A stretch of 64,000 bases of DNA from Candidatus Bathyarchaeota archaeon (lineage in GTDB: Archaea > Thermoproteota > Bathyarchaeia > 40CM-2-53-6). Position numbers and translations under genes: made by a program. Under the pieces are notes generated by a model. That model did not search any database and had not been told where the DNA came from. It saw only the letters and a program-made list of their open reading frames with translations. The stretch spans positions 672,001 to 736,000 of the forward strand of contig CAVSBL010000002.1 in assembly GCA_963726255.1 (NCBI GenBank), in the 5' to 3' direction. Of this stretch, positions 41,357 through 50,742 are shown one piece after another (position 1 is the first letter of the stretch; the number at the start of each line of letters is the position of its first letter).

Positions 41357-42061
41357 TACACTGGGAATTCATTGGATGTTGCGACAGGCTTATCGTACTA
41401 CGGGTACAGATACTACGACAGCGAATCAGGGAGGTGCCTAACGTTGGACCTGGTGCAGACGGATTACTTGAACCCGCAATCGCTTAACCGCTACACATAT
41501 GCCTTGGATAATCCTATTCGATTTGCGGACTCGGACGGGCTAATGTTCTATGATGTCAACGAGAACGGGGAGAGAGTGGCGGGCGGAATAGAGGCGGTTG
41601 AACGAACACTCTCAGACGTGCCCGGCAGAGGAGAATCCAGAGACCAATTCAGCATAGAGATTACCCATCAAATCGCCACGCAATTCGGCAGCGTAACAAC
41701 GACGACCTCGAGTATGAGCACCGTACCAACTTCATGGGTGAATACAAGCGCACAAACAACCGTAACCACACTAGGATCGCAGGCAACCACAATAAACACA
41801 TCGACTCCAACAACCTCTACAATAGGCCCACCACCAATGCTACAACCTGCGCACACTATTGTGGTGACCGTATCCACGCAAGGGACTACGTACACTGGAA
41901 TAGTCATTTGCCGTAAGTCTACCACATATGTCTTGGAAGGACTGGCCATGGTTGGTCTCAGTATGGGGGCTGAACCGTTCTTCAGTCATGGACTATGGGA
42001 GATTGGTGTAGGAATAGTCGAACGCTTATTCGACCCCAACGATCCCGAGCGGTGTTCATGA
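41357..42061 (+). pseudogene. Orphan Rhs core + alternative tip, cassette 3
   Basis: Homology starts at YTG..LDVATGLSYYGYRYYD; core ends DSDG; then Thr-rich linker and hydrophobic tip. Confidence 0.85.
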
Positions 42062-42100
42062 GCATTATGCAAATTAAAATGTGCTTCGTCGACAAATGCC

Positions 42101-43075
42101 TTGCGTGTCGTGGTTAAAGTCTTGGAACAGGTCTTTGTCGCGTTACTTGTCGTCTCTTTCCTGTTCTCAATGCCACCTGCCAACGCTACTTCGTATAACT
42201 TACAGGTGGGTGCATTTGGAGATGCTCTCTCAATCGGTAATCTCGGAGTTCGAGCTGAGATACGAACTCATGTCTACAACGGCAGCGGCATTGGAGTCGA
42301 TGCTTTCTGGGTTGGGGACATCCTCGATAATGGGGCCTTTGTTCAGTTCGGCTATCTCATAAGTGAGAAAGGGACTTACTGCACCTACGGATTAATGGAT
42401 CTGGGAACGACTTTTTCGTGCTTAGACGGCGTAATCGAAGTTAACGCTTCGGTAGCACTCTGGGGCTGGGAATATTGGCCCAACGGTACCGGCAGTAGAT
42501 ACTATTTCGGTGCAGGTGCTCTCAGCGGCAGTAATGGAACCTGGCATCTCTATAGTATAGTGCCTAACTCGGGAGGAGAGTGGATCTTCTTGCTTGATGA
42601 TCAGCAAGTCTCGAACGCGACTTTTCCTTCGACGATGTCAAGGGACGAGGCAGTCGTTGCCGCAGAGAAGGTGGCCTCCTCCACAACCCCGGGTCCTTTG
42701 GGGCCGGTTGAGTTTCGCAACTTGAGTTATCTTAAGCAGGATGGCTGGCATGCGGTTTCGGCGCTGACTGCGATCGTGAACTGTGGTGTGAATCCGAACT
42801 GCATTCCCATACCCTACGGCGTAGCCATCCTGGGGCCTAACCACGTCATAGCGGGCTCGTCGATACCTCAACCGAAAGACGGAACTCTGCTATGGAGCAG
42901 TCCCGGAACTGGGTCTACTGTCACCAGCTCCTCGCCAACAGCCTCCTTCACAAGAATTACACTTCCAATGACGCCTGAACTATTCTATGGCGCAATAGCT
43001 GCAGCCGTAGTTACTGGATTGTTGATGATTGAATTCATCATTATTCCACGAAAAAGACGAACTAGGAAGCGCTGA
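42101..43075 (+). CDS. Exported, C-terminally anchored beta-sandwich protein; partner of cassette 3
   Basis: Signal peptide, C-terminal TM plus RKRR tail; paralog of 47002-48021. Confidence 0.8.
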   Translation: MRVVVKVLEQVFVALLVVSFLFSMPPANATSYNLQVGAFGDALSIGNLGVRAEIRTHVYNGSGIGVDAFWVGDILDNGAFVQFGYLISEKGTYCTYGLMDLGTTFSCLDGVIEVNASVALWGWEYWPNGTGSRYYFGAGALSGSNGTWHLYSIVPNSGGEWIFLLDDQQVSNATFPSTMSRDEAVVAAEKVASSTTPGPLGPVEFRNLSYLKQDGWHAVSALTAIVNCGVNPNCIPIPYGVAILGPNHVIAGSSIPQPKDGTLLWSSPGTGSTVTSSSPTASFTRITLPMTPELFYGAIAAAVVTGLLMIEFIIIPRKRRTRKR

Positions 43076-43104
43076 TCTGAGTGTGGTACAGTCAAATCTT
43101 GTGC

Positions 43105-43641
43105 GAGCGTTACGTGGACCCGGATGGGGCGAAGCTTCCCGACGCCGCATACGACATAGGACGCGTTGCGGGGGCGTCGGCGGACACGTCGTCGGATGAC
43201 TGGAATAAGGAGCTTCGAGACCTTGCAGACGCCTACGCGGAGTATTCAAGCCACCACTCGCACCCGATGCGATTCCGCGCTTGGCTTAGGATGACGCTTG
43301 GCGCACCAGGCAACACGGGGCCATCCGCAGCCTCAACGCCTTCAATTTCGAAGAACATGATGCTCAAGCTGACGCGAATGGAGAATTACCTCTCAGCATC
43401 TGATCCCAGTATGGCGACTGCCATCGGTGTTTTTACGTTCAGTGGCACTCCAACGAATAACATTGCACAAGAAAGCCAAACAATTTCGACTGAAGCATAT
43501 TGGCATGCTATGGGGGAGGTCGCTATAGTGGCCATCGAAGCAATTGCTATCATACTCGGGATAGGCCCCTGGGGCGGGCCCCTTGGTCCGTTACCCGACC
43601 CATATACAGGAATTGGGCTCGGTCCACAACCATCGGCATGA
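43105..43641 (+). pseudogene. Orphan Rhs tip, cassette 4 (shares linker with main tip)
   Basis: ERYVDPDGAKLP...HPMRFRAWLRMT is nearly identical to the main tip, then diverges. Confidence 0.85.
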
Positions 43642-43721
43642 GCACGATTGATTGAGTAACTGGTGAGAAAAGGTCGATAGACATAGTCCGAAACGCAAGT
43701 AGAGGTTCGAGAGAATAGGAA

Positions 43722-44018
43722 ATGAACCTGCACTCGAGTCGAACTCTGATATCCCTTTTCGTGGCTCTCTACTCGCTATCAATTTTTCTGGTTTACGTTG
43801 ACTTTTCTCTCAACGCCGATCCGACTCTAAAGATAGCCATTGCCGTGTTGGCTCTCTCAATGCTGGTAATCTCAGCAATTCTCTTTCTGTGGGGTCATTA
43901 CAAGTTTGGGCGCTCATGGGCGTTAAGGGACACGCCCATTGGGCACTGCAGTTCGTTGAGCATGAGCGCGATAGGCATCTTGGGCAACAGAGGTCATAGG
44001 AACGGCGCCGTCGATTAG
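43722..44018 (+). CDS. Small 2-TM protein, putative immunity for cassette 4
   Basis: Two hydrophobic helices; directly downstream of cassette 4. Confidence 0.55.
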   Translation: MNLHSSRTLISLFVALYSLSIFLVYVDFSLNADPTLKIAIAVLALSMLVISAILFLWGHYKFGRSWALRDTPIGHCSSLSMSAIGILGNRGHRNGAVD

Positions 44019-44206
44019 CATGCGAAGAAGAACTGCCACGCTCTGGTCACCAGCATTGTCACCTAGATTGATGGGTTCCTGCGTGTAGACGAAATTGTCT
44101 TACCGTTTAAATTGGGCAAACGATTCTTAGACCGTTTTGTTCCCTGTCCGTTTGGCAGGAACGCTTTGGAATATCAAAGAAACAACGGCAGACCATTCAG
44201 AGCTTT

Positions 44207-44385
44207 CAACTCCCCCAAACAAATAACAGATCAATTCCAATGAAAACCAAGAGCACGAAGATGCCGCCCATCCTCCAGTCCTTCTGAATCATCGCCGCCC
44301 TGAGAACATAGTACGAAACCAACAGCAATCCTACGGCCGGGAGCAGTAAAACCACGCCGCCGTTCCAGATGATCGAAAACCAATT
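44207..44385 (-). pseudogene. Degenerate membrane-protein fragment
   Basis: One frame reads WFSIIWNGGVVLLLPAVGLLLVSYYVLRAAMIQKDWRMGGIFVLLVFIGIDLLFVWGS* with no in-frame start. Confidence 0.3.
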
Positions 44386-44516
44386 TTCCTCCCGTGAGTA
44401 AGAACGTCCATGCCTCTATGATACTTTTCATTAATTAGAAGTTTGCGAAGATGCAATCCGATAGAAAATAATTCGAGGTGCAGCGCTACCGGTGATACTG
44501 GGACTGATTCGCGGCT

Positions 44517-44840
44517 TTAGCGAACCTTTGTGCCCGCTGGGACGTCCGCTTCGACTGTGGCCCAGATTGGCTTTCCTTGCAGGTCTGCTGCGAGGAGCAT
44601 GACTTCGGATTTGACGCCAGCGATGATCTTTGTCTCCATATTGATTAACACGATGACTCGCTTGCCGACGAAGCTGTCGGGTTCATAGAACTCTGCGCCG
44701 CCTGCGATCCTCTGCGCAGTCTTGTCGCCCAAGTCCACCTGTACTTTGAGTATCTTTTTCATTCCCGGGATTTTCTCTGCGGCTGTTATCTTGCCAACTT
44801 TGAACTCTAGTTTTTCGAAGTCTTTGAACGATACGCTCAT
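44517..44840 (-). CDS. Second copy of the tRNA-binding protein
   Basis: 99/107 aa identical to 31276-31599 by manual comparison. Confidence 0.88.
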   Translation of the reverse strand: MSVSFKDFEKLEFKVGKITAAEKIPGMKKILKVQVDLGDKTAQRIAGGAEFYEPDSFVGKRVIVLINMETKIIAGVKSEVMLLAADLQGKPIWATVEADVPAGTKVR

Positions 44841-44855
44841 TCTTAGCCCCTTTAG

Positions 44856-45131
44856 CTATTTGCTGGAGAGCGTGCGTATCAGTTCTTCAGCGACAATTGT
44901 GCTCTCCAATCGTTGCGCTTCCACGGTCTGGGCACCGACATGCGAGGTGCATACGACGTTTGGCAAGGTTACGAGTTCTTTCTCCCAAACGTCAACGGGC
45001 GGCTCCTTGTGAAAGACATCTAACCCAGCCCCCGAAAGGCTGTCTGATTTGAGGGCTGCCAATAGAGACTGCCCGTCAACTATGTCGCCTCGAGAAGTGT
45101 TGACCAAGATTGCTCCTTTCTTCATGCTGCT
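44856..45131 (-). pseudogene. 3' fragment of a serA homolog
   Basis: SSMKKGAILVNTSRG...LIRTLSSK matches the last ~91 aa of 30322-31260; 5' part absent. Confidence 0.9.
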
Positions 45132-45134
45132 AGA

Positions 45135-45287
45135 TTCCTTTTTGCCAACCCTATATTCATAGCAGCAATTGCGATATTCTGCATCGCAAGTATGGGCCCC
45201 TTGGGGTTGGTTCCAATTGGAGTATTGGTCTTCGCATGGGGGTTCTCTGTATATGTTGATTGGCAGGTAAACCAGAATTGTCATTAA
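45135..45287 (+). pseudogene. Decapitated tip remnant, cassette 5
   Basis: Startless frame FLFANPIFIAAIAIFCIASMGPLGLVPIGVLVFAWGFSVYVDWQVNQNCH*, abutting the serA fragment breakpoint. Confidence 0.5.
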
Positions 45288-45408
45288 CGATAGGACATTT
45301 CGTCCTACTGGAACAGAATTCTCATACTAAGGGCATATCAGTTGAACTCACGTTACCAGGGAGGGAGTTGTCCTGAGAACAGAACGATCCTTCGTTGTCG
45401 ATACCGAC

Positions 45409-45948
45409 GTGAACAAGGTACGGCAACTCCTCATTTCCGGCATTTCGGGCATGGGATACAAGCGTGTTAGCACTGACGAACTGAAATTCGAACGCGGATC
45501 AACTTTCGCGAGGTGGTTGTCCTTTTCTATGGGAAATTGGCCGACGACGGTGACCGTAACATTAACTCCGTTTGGTCAGGAGAAAACCGACGTTCTTGTT
45601 TCTCTAACCGTCCGCTACCTGCTTGATGTTCCTAGCGTTAATCCAGTGAGTCATGAGTTCTGGATTCGGGAGCTTGATCGTATGGAGGCTTACGCAAGAG
45701 GGGCGATTCTTCCGTCAGAGGATTCATACCACGCATTGACTCGAGCTTGGAGGAATCGCGAATTCCTCGGATTCGTAGCCATCTTGGCGGTGTTTTGCAT
45801 AGGCGCCGCTGTCATAAGCGTTACAGCCGTTCTGTTCGGGCTCGTGGCTTTGCCACTGATTCAGTTCGCCCTAGTATCATTTGTAGCTATGATTGTGATT
45901 ATGCTGGTTGTCATCATCTACAATCTTAGAGAGGTTAACGTGCACTAA
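45409..45948 (+). CDS. Membrane protein with two C-terminal TMs, putative immunity for cassette 5
   Basis: Soluble alpha/beta N-terminal domain plus 2 TMs; same strand and position as other partner genes. Confidence 0.65.
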   Translation: MNKVRQLLISGISGMGYKRVSTDELKFERGSTFARWLSFSMGNWPTTVTVTLTPFGQEKTDVLVSLTVRYLLDVPSVNPVSHEFWIRELDRMEAYARGAILPSEDSYHALTRAWRNREFLGFVAILAVFCIGAAVISVTAVLFGLVALPLIQFALVSFVAMIVIMLVVIIYNLREVNVH

Positions 45949-45956
45949 CCGCGTGC

Positions 45957-46880
45957 CTATCGACTGATGTTATCTTCGCGGGTGGGTTGAGGGTTTGGAG
46001 GGTTCAGGCCGGAGTTAGCAGCTTCTATCACTTGGACCCGTTGGGAAGCGTCCGCCTCGAAACCCAGGCTGCGAGCCCGCCCGCGTTCTCAGCCAAATAC
46101 TTGCCCTACGGTAACACGTACGCCACATCAGGAGCGGAGGCGTTCCAGTATACTGGGAAACAGTTGGATGTTGCGACAGGCTTATCGTATTACGGGTACA
46201 GGTACTACGACAGTCAATCGGGCAGGTTCCTGACCGTGGATTTGGCGCAGGCGGACTACTTGAACCCGCAAACACTCAACCAGTACACCTACGCTTTGGA
46301 TAATCCTATTCGATTCGCGGACCCCTTCGGGTTAATGTTCTACGATATTAACGAACGTGGGGACGTAGTGGCGGGCGGAATAGAGGCAGTTGAACGAACA
46401 CTCTCAGACGTACCCGGCAAGGGAGAATCCAGAACCCAATTCAGCACAGAAATGAACCATCAAATCGCCGCGCAATTTGGGAGCGTAGCAACAACGATGA
46501 CCTCTGGGATGACAACTGTAACAACTTCATGGGTGAATACAGGGGCACAAGCATCTCTAACTACAACGACAGGGTCGCAGACCGTGACGATCAGTACGTC
46601 GACTACAACCACTGTTACATCCGCTCCTTTGCCATACCCTGTACGAGCATTCCCCACAACGACGAGTGTAGTCACCGTCTCGACCTATGCGACTAGTTAT
46701 ACTGGTACGGTCAACACTGCTGCAGTCGATATGACTTACGAGATAGCAGCCCATATCGCTATCGCAATTGGCGGAGTTTATTTCGAATTTAATGTGACCG
46801 GAGAAGCAACGCTGCATGACGTCATCATCTGCGGAAAAGTCGGTGGTCTACCAGGATGCCCTGATCCAACCATCTATTAA
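45957..46880 (+). pseudogene. Orphan Rhs core + alternative tip, cassette 6
   Basis: Homology starts at LSTDVIFAGG; core ends DPFG; linker shared with cassette 3, different end. Confidence 0.85.
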
Positions 46881-47001
46881 TCGCTCAACATTCCACAATG
46901 CAAGCGATTACTTTCTGAAGCCAACTGTAGAGTTAGAGTCGAAGGACGACAAAATTGGAAAATGAAAACGACGATTCTGGGTAAAGACTTGAAGTCTCGG
47001 A

Positions 47002-48021
47002 GTGGTCGGCATGGCTATTGTTGACGAGTCGCTATCTGTTCACGCGTTGTGGCGGACCGTGGCACGATGCCTGTTCCTCTTATTCATTGCAATTCTTTTG
47101 CTTTTTTCAATCCGGCCCACAAGTGCGCTAACCTACAATCTCCTGTTAGGTGCAAGTGGTGACAATGGATCATTTGGGAGCTTAGGTGTTCGAGCAGACA
47201 TGCGAACGCGTGTCTACACCGTGAACGCTCCCGATCTCGACGACAGCTTCTGGGTGGGCGCTACTCTACGCAATGGTTCAGGCATTCAGTTCGGTTACGA
47301 CATACCGGTTTCCGGAACTTATTGCATGAGCGGTAAGATTGAAGCCGGAGCCTCGTTCACGTGCAAGGGTGGCTCTGAAACAGTTAACGGCTCCCAGCTA
47401 GTTTGGTTTTGGCAATATTCGCCCGACATTAGCGTTATAGACGATTACTATTTTGGCACGGGGTTGCTCGGATCGACAATTTTGAACGGAACCTGGCATA
47501 CCTTTACGATTATGCCAGATTCACAAAACGCATGGGATTTCCTGCTTGACCACCACCAAGTCGCGAATGCAAGCCTTCCGATTTTGCAGTTAAGTTCCGC
47601 TTACTTTGTTGCCGAGAAGGTTACGTCCTCTCCAGCTCCAGGTCGATTAGGGCCGGTGGAATTTCGGAACCTAGCGTATTTGAAGGAAGACGGTTGGCAC
47701 CTAGCGACCGCATTAAACGCCATCGTGAACTGTCCTGGGAATCGAAGCTGCGTCCCTATTTCATACGGCGTGTCAGTGATAGGGCCTAACCACGTCATAG
47801 CTGGGACGTCGATACCTCAACCGAAAGACGGAGCCCTGCTGTGGAGTACTGGGACCGAGTCTACCGTGACCGCCTCCCTGCCAACAACCTCCTTCACGAG
47901 AAGTACGCTTCCAATAGCGCCCGAACTCTTCTACGGTGCGTTAGCTGCAGTCGTGGTTGCTGCGTTGTTGATGATTGAATTCGTCATTCTTCCCCGGCGA
48001 AGGCGAGGCAAGAAGCGCTAA
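47002..48021 (+). CDS. Exported, C-terminally anchored beta-sandwich protein; partner of cassette 6
   Basis: Paralog of 42101-43075 (FWVG, QFGY, NGTWH, AEKV, LGPVEFRNL). Confidence 0.8.
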   Translation: MVGMAIVDESLSVHALWRTVARCLFLLFIAILLLFSIRPTSALTYNLLLGASGDNGSFGSLGVRADMRTRVYTVNAPDLDDSFWVGATLRNGSGIQFGYDIPVSGTYCMSGKIEAGASFTCKGGSETVNGSQLVWFWQYSPDISVIDDYYFGTGLLGSTILNGTWHTFTIMPDSQNAWDFLLDHHQVANASLPILQLSSAYFVAEKVTSSPAPGRLGPVEFRNLAYLKEDGWHLATALNAIVNCPGNRSCVPISYGVSVIGPNHVIAGTSIPQPKDGALLWSTGTESTVTASLPTTSFTRSTLPIAPELFYGALAAVVVAALLMIEFVILPRRRRGKKR

Positions 48022-48158
48022 CAAATGCTATTTGATTTCTACTTCTCTTATCGTGAGAGCAACTCTCACCATCGAGGCAGTGGTTACATATTCTCGGTAT
48101 TCTATGAACTAAGGCACCATATTCTCCTAAACCTCCCCTGCGCCTCAGAGGAACAAGA

Positions 48159-49366
48159 TTGGACTTCACCTTCACCCCCGAACATGAGCTATTTCGCAAG
48201 ACCATCAGGGAATTTTGCAGGAAGGAAATTGAGCCGCACTCTAGGGAAATGGAACGCAACGCCCACATGCCCGATTCAATAGTTCGCGGGCTGGGCAAGA
48301 TGGGCCTGTTCGGCCTGTCCATTCCGGCGAGTTTGGGGGGTCCGATGCAGACTCCATTTCCGCAGGCATAGCAGGGGAAGAGATAGGCCGCGCCGACCTA
48401 AGTTGTGCGACGGCGGTGCTTTATCTCGTGCCAATTTCATGGAGCCACGTTCTAGCCAAGTATGGCACACCGGGATTGAACAAGAGGGCATTGCCTAAGA
48501 TTGCAGCAGGGCAAGGCTTTCTCGGCATAGCGACAACTGAAGCCGGAGTAGGCTCTGATTTAGGGAATATGAGCACCACCGCGAAGAAAGTTGGAAACGA
48601 ATACGTGTTGAATGGGGAGAAGATGTACATTAGCGGTATCCGCGAAGCGGCAGAGCAGATGCGGGATGGGAGTGGGTACTTGGTCTTAGCCAAGACTGAT
48701 CCGGCGAAGGGGACGCGGGGGATGTCGTTCTTCTACGTACCCTTCAACGAGACTGAAGGTCTCACACCAAGTTACCTGGAAGAGATGGGAAGGAGGGGCA
48801 TGTCTGCGGGGGGCTTCCTGATGAAAGACGTTCACGTGCCTGCGGAAAACATGCTTGGAGAGGAGAACAAGGGCTTCTACTATGCAATGGAAGGTTTCGA
48901 TTACGCACGAGCAATCATTGCAGTAGTTTGCGTAGGTGCAGCTATGGCTTCGCTCGAGATGGGTGTAGAGTACATAAAGCAACGCAAAGCGTTCAATCAG
49001 CCCATCGCTCGATACGAGGGCGTACAATTCAAACTCGCCGAAGACTACGCGCGCGTAGATGCTGTCCGCTTGTTGGCCTACAGGGCACTCTGGATGTATG
49101 AGCAGGAGCGGCGGAACCACAAGTTTGATCGGTTTGAGGTGAGCAAAGCAATTGCTGAAGCGAAGATGCTAGCTCCCGTGGTGGCATTTGAAACGATTAA
49201 CGATGTCTTGCAGTGGTTCGGCGCTTTCGGGTACACTCTGGACTGCCCGATAGAGATGGCTTTGCGCGGGGTACGCTCGTACATGCTGGCTGAAGGGTCT
49301 ACTGAGATCATGAAGATGATCGTAGCAAGAGAGCTGCTTGGAAAGGAATTCATAGCCCATCACTAG
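48159..49366 (+). CDS. Acyl-CoA dehydrogenase (1-nt frameshift in a G6 run near 48335-48340)
   Basis: MDFTFTPEH..., TEAGVGSD, LNGEKMYIS, RKAFNQPI, GAFGY, EGSTEI. Adding one G restores LGGSDADSISAGIAGEEIGR. Confidence 0.85.
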
Positions 49367-49396
49367 TGATGCCGCGAGCCGAGAAACGAGAGCAAT

Positions 49397-49555
49397 CTAT
49401 CGACGAATGCGCCTCACTTTTCTTTGAGATGTTTCACAACCGTTCCGATAAACGCTAAAGGCGTTCAACCACTTCTCGAATTGTTTTCTCTTCGTTGGTT
49501 CTTCGATTTTGTAGTCGAAAAAATCTATCAAACCAATGAGGTCATCGAGAATCAC
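49397..49555 (-). CDS. Possible 52-aa small protein
   Basis: GTG-start ORF MILDDLIGLIDFFDYKIEEPTKRKQFEKWLNAFSVYRNGCETSQRKVRRIRR* in an intergenic gap. Confidence 0.3.
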   Translation of the reverse strand: MILDDLIGLIDFFDYKIEEPTKRKQFEKWLNAFSVYRNGCETSQRKVRRIRR

Positions 49556-49812
49556 GAATCATGCGCAATATTTTCGGAGACTTTTGCACCGCGATAAATC
49601 TGGGATAACCACAGTGTTTACTGGAGACGGTAAAACAACCTTCGCCTTCAAGGAAACCTTTTACCCAGTCAGGCCTTAGCAGTTTGTTCACTGCTTCGAC
49701 TTCCTGAATTGTGAAAATTAGTTAACAAAAGAGTTGGGGAGCATGGAGACTTAAATAGTGAGGGTAGTTCTGGTTCGGCTACAAGTAGCAATGAGACGAG
49801 TAGTGCTAAATA

Positions 49813-50739
49813 TTGCGCACCGCGGCATCCATAATCTTACTTCTAATCACGGTTTCCCTGTTCGTTGTTCCAGGCTATGCTTCGAACGTTACGATAACAA
49901 TAGAAAACCAGCAAGTAAGGGCGAGGCTTGACCTCTCACTTCAACAGAACATGACTCAGCTCCCTGCCCAGACAAGCACGCTGAATATGGCCTCGGACGA
50001 CAAACTGTCATCCGCTTTCACCGAGGCTTTGACGAAGGCACTTCCAGGCGCGGCCCCATCCGACCTGACATTGAACATCCAATCGGCGGGTACGTGGCTA
50101 AACATTAGCGCAGTAATTACAGTAACAGGTGTCTCAGAGCGACACGGGGACATCCTATCCTCCAACATGAGTTGGAAGTCTTTCAACGTCTCCTCCGACC
50201 TTCGCGCGCGAGACCTCAGTTACAACACGGTAGGAAATCAGTACCTTAGACCTGTCGCGGTATTTTACACAAACGCCAGCCTTCTCGTTGGCCGCCCAAA
50301 CTCAACTATCACAGGGGTCAATTTTCTCGTCAACAAGACGGGCGTTAGTGGGTTCACAGCAGAAAACTATGTGGGCAACTTCACACTCTTCGATTTCAGA
50401 ACTCTGGACGTCCCACTTGAATCTTGGACACGAACTTACAGCCTGCCGAACAACACGACAACATGGCGGTACACACCTCCCCAGCTGTTGGATATATCAG
50501 TCGGCATCGAACGTTTGAACGTGACGACGACCATATTTGCGAGTTATGGGTACCAAGCCGAAGTCACCGTTCAAGGGATCGCCCGCGCTCATAGTGACAC
50601 ACTTCTTCTCGACGTTGGAACAGGTCAGAAGGAATGGGTTATGCTCGGTATTGTCGCACTTACCGTGATTTTCGCGATTACTGCTCAATTATTCTTCAGG
50701 GCTAGAAGTAAGAAGTACACCAAGTTTGGGCGATGGTAA
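49813..50739 (+). CDS. Exported, C-terminally anchored hypothetical glycoprotein
   Basis: Signal peptide, many NxS/T sequons, C-terminal TM plus basic tail. Confidence 0.7.
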   Translation: MRTAASIILLLITVSLFVVPGYASNVTITIENQQVRARLDLSLQQNMTQLPAQTSTLNMASDDKLSSAFTEALTKALPGAAPSDLTLNIQSAGTWLNISAVITVTGVSERHGDILSSNMSWKSFNVSSDLRARDLSYNTVGNQYLRPVAVFYTNASLLVGRPNSTITGVNFLVNKTGVSGFTAENYVGNFTLFDFRTLDVPLESWTRTYSLPNNTTTWRYTPPQLLDISVGIERLNVTTTIFASYGYQAEVTVQGIARAHSDTLLLDVGTGQKEWVMLGIVALTVIFAITAQLFFRARSKKYTKFGRW

Positions 50740-50742
50740 GCA

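Larger units (their letters stand above)
44517..45131 (-). repeat. Right arm of the ~615-bp inverted repeat
   Basis: Diverged inverted copy of 30985-31599, including the intergenic spacer. Confidence 0.92.

Noticed and set aside
44856-45284. 142-aa ORF as a real gene
   Set aside because: It is a chimera: the N-terminal ~50 aa are the antisense of the plus-strand tip remnant and the rest is the serA 3' fragment.
38497-46880. Diversity-generating retroelement or site-specific shufflon/integron
   Set aside because: No reverse transcriptase or recombinase ORF in the window, differences between cores are not adenine-specific, and no common recombination site is evident.
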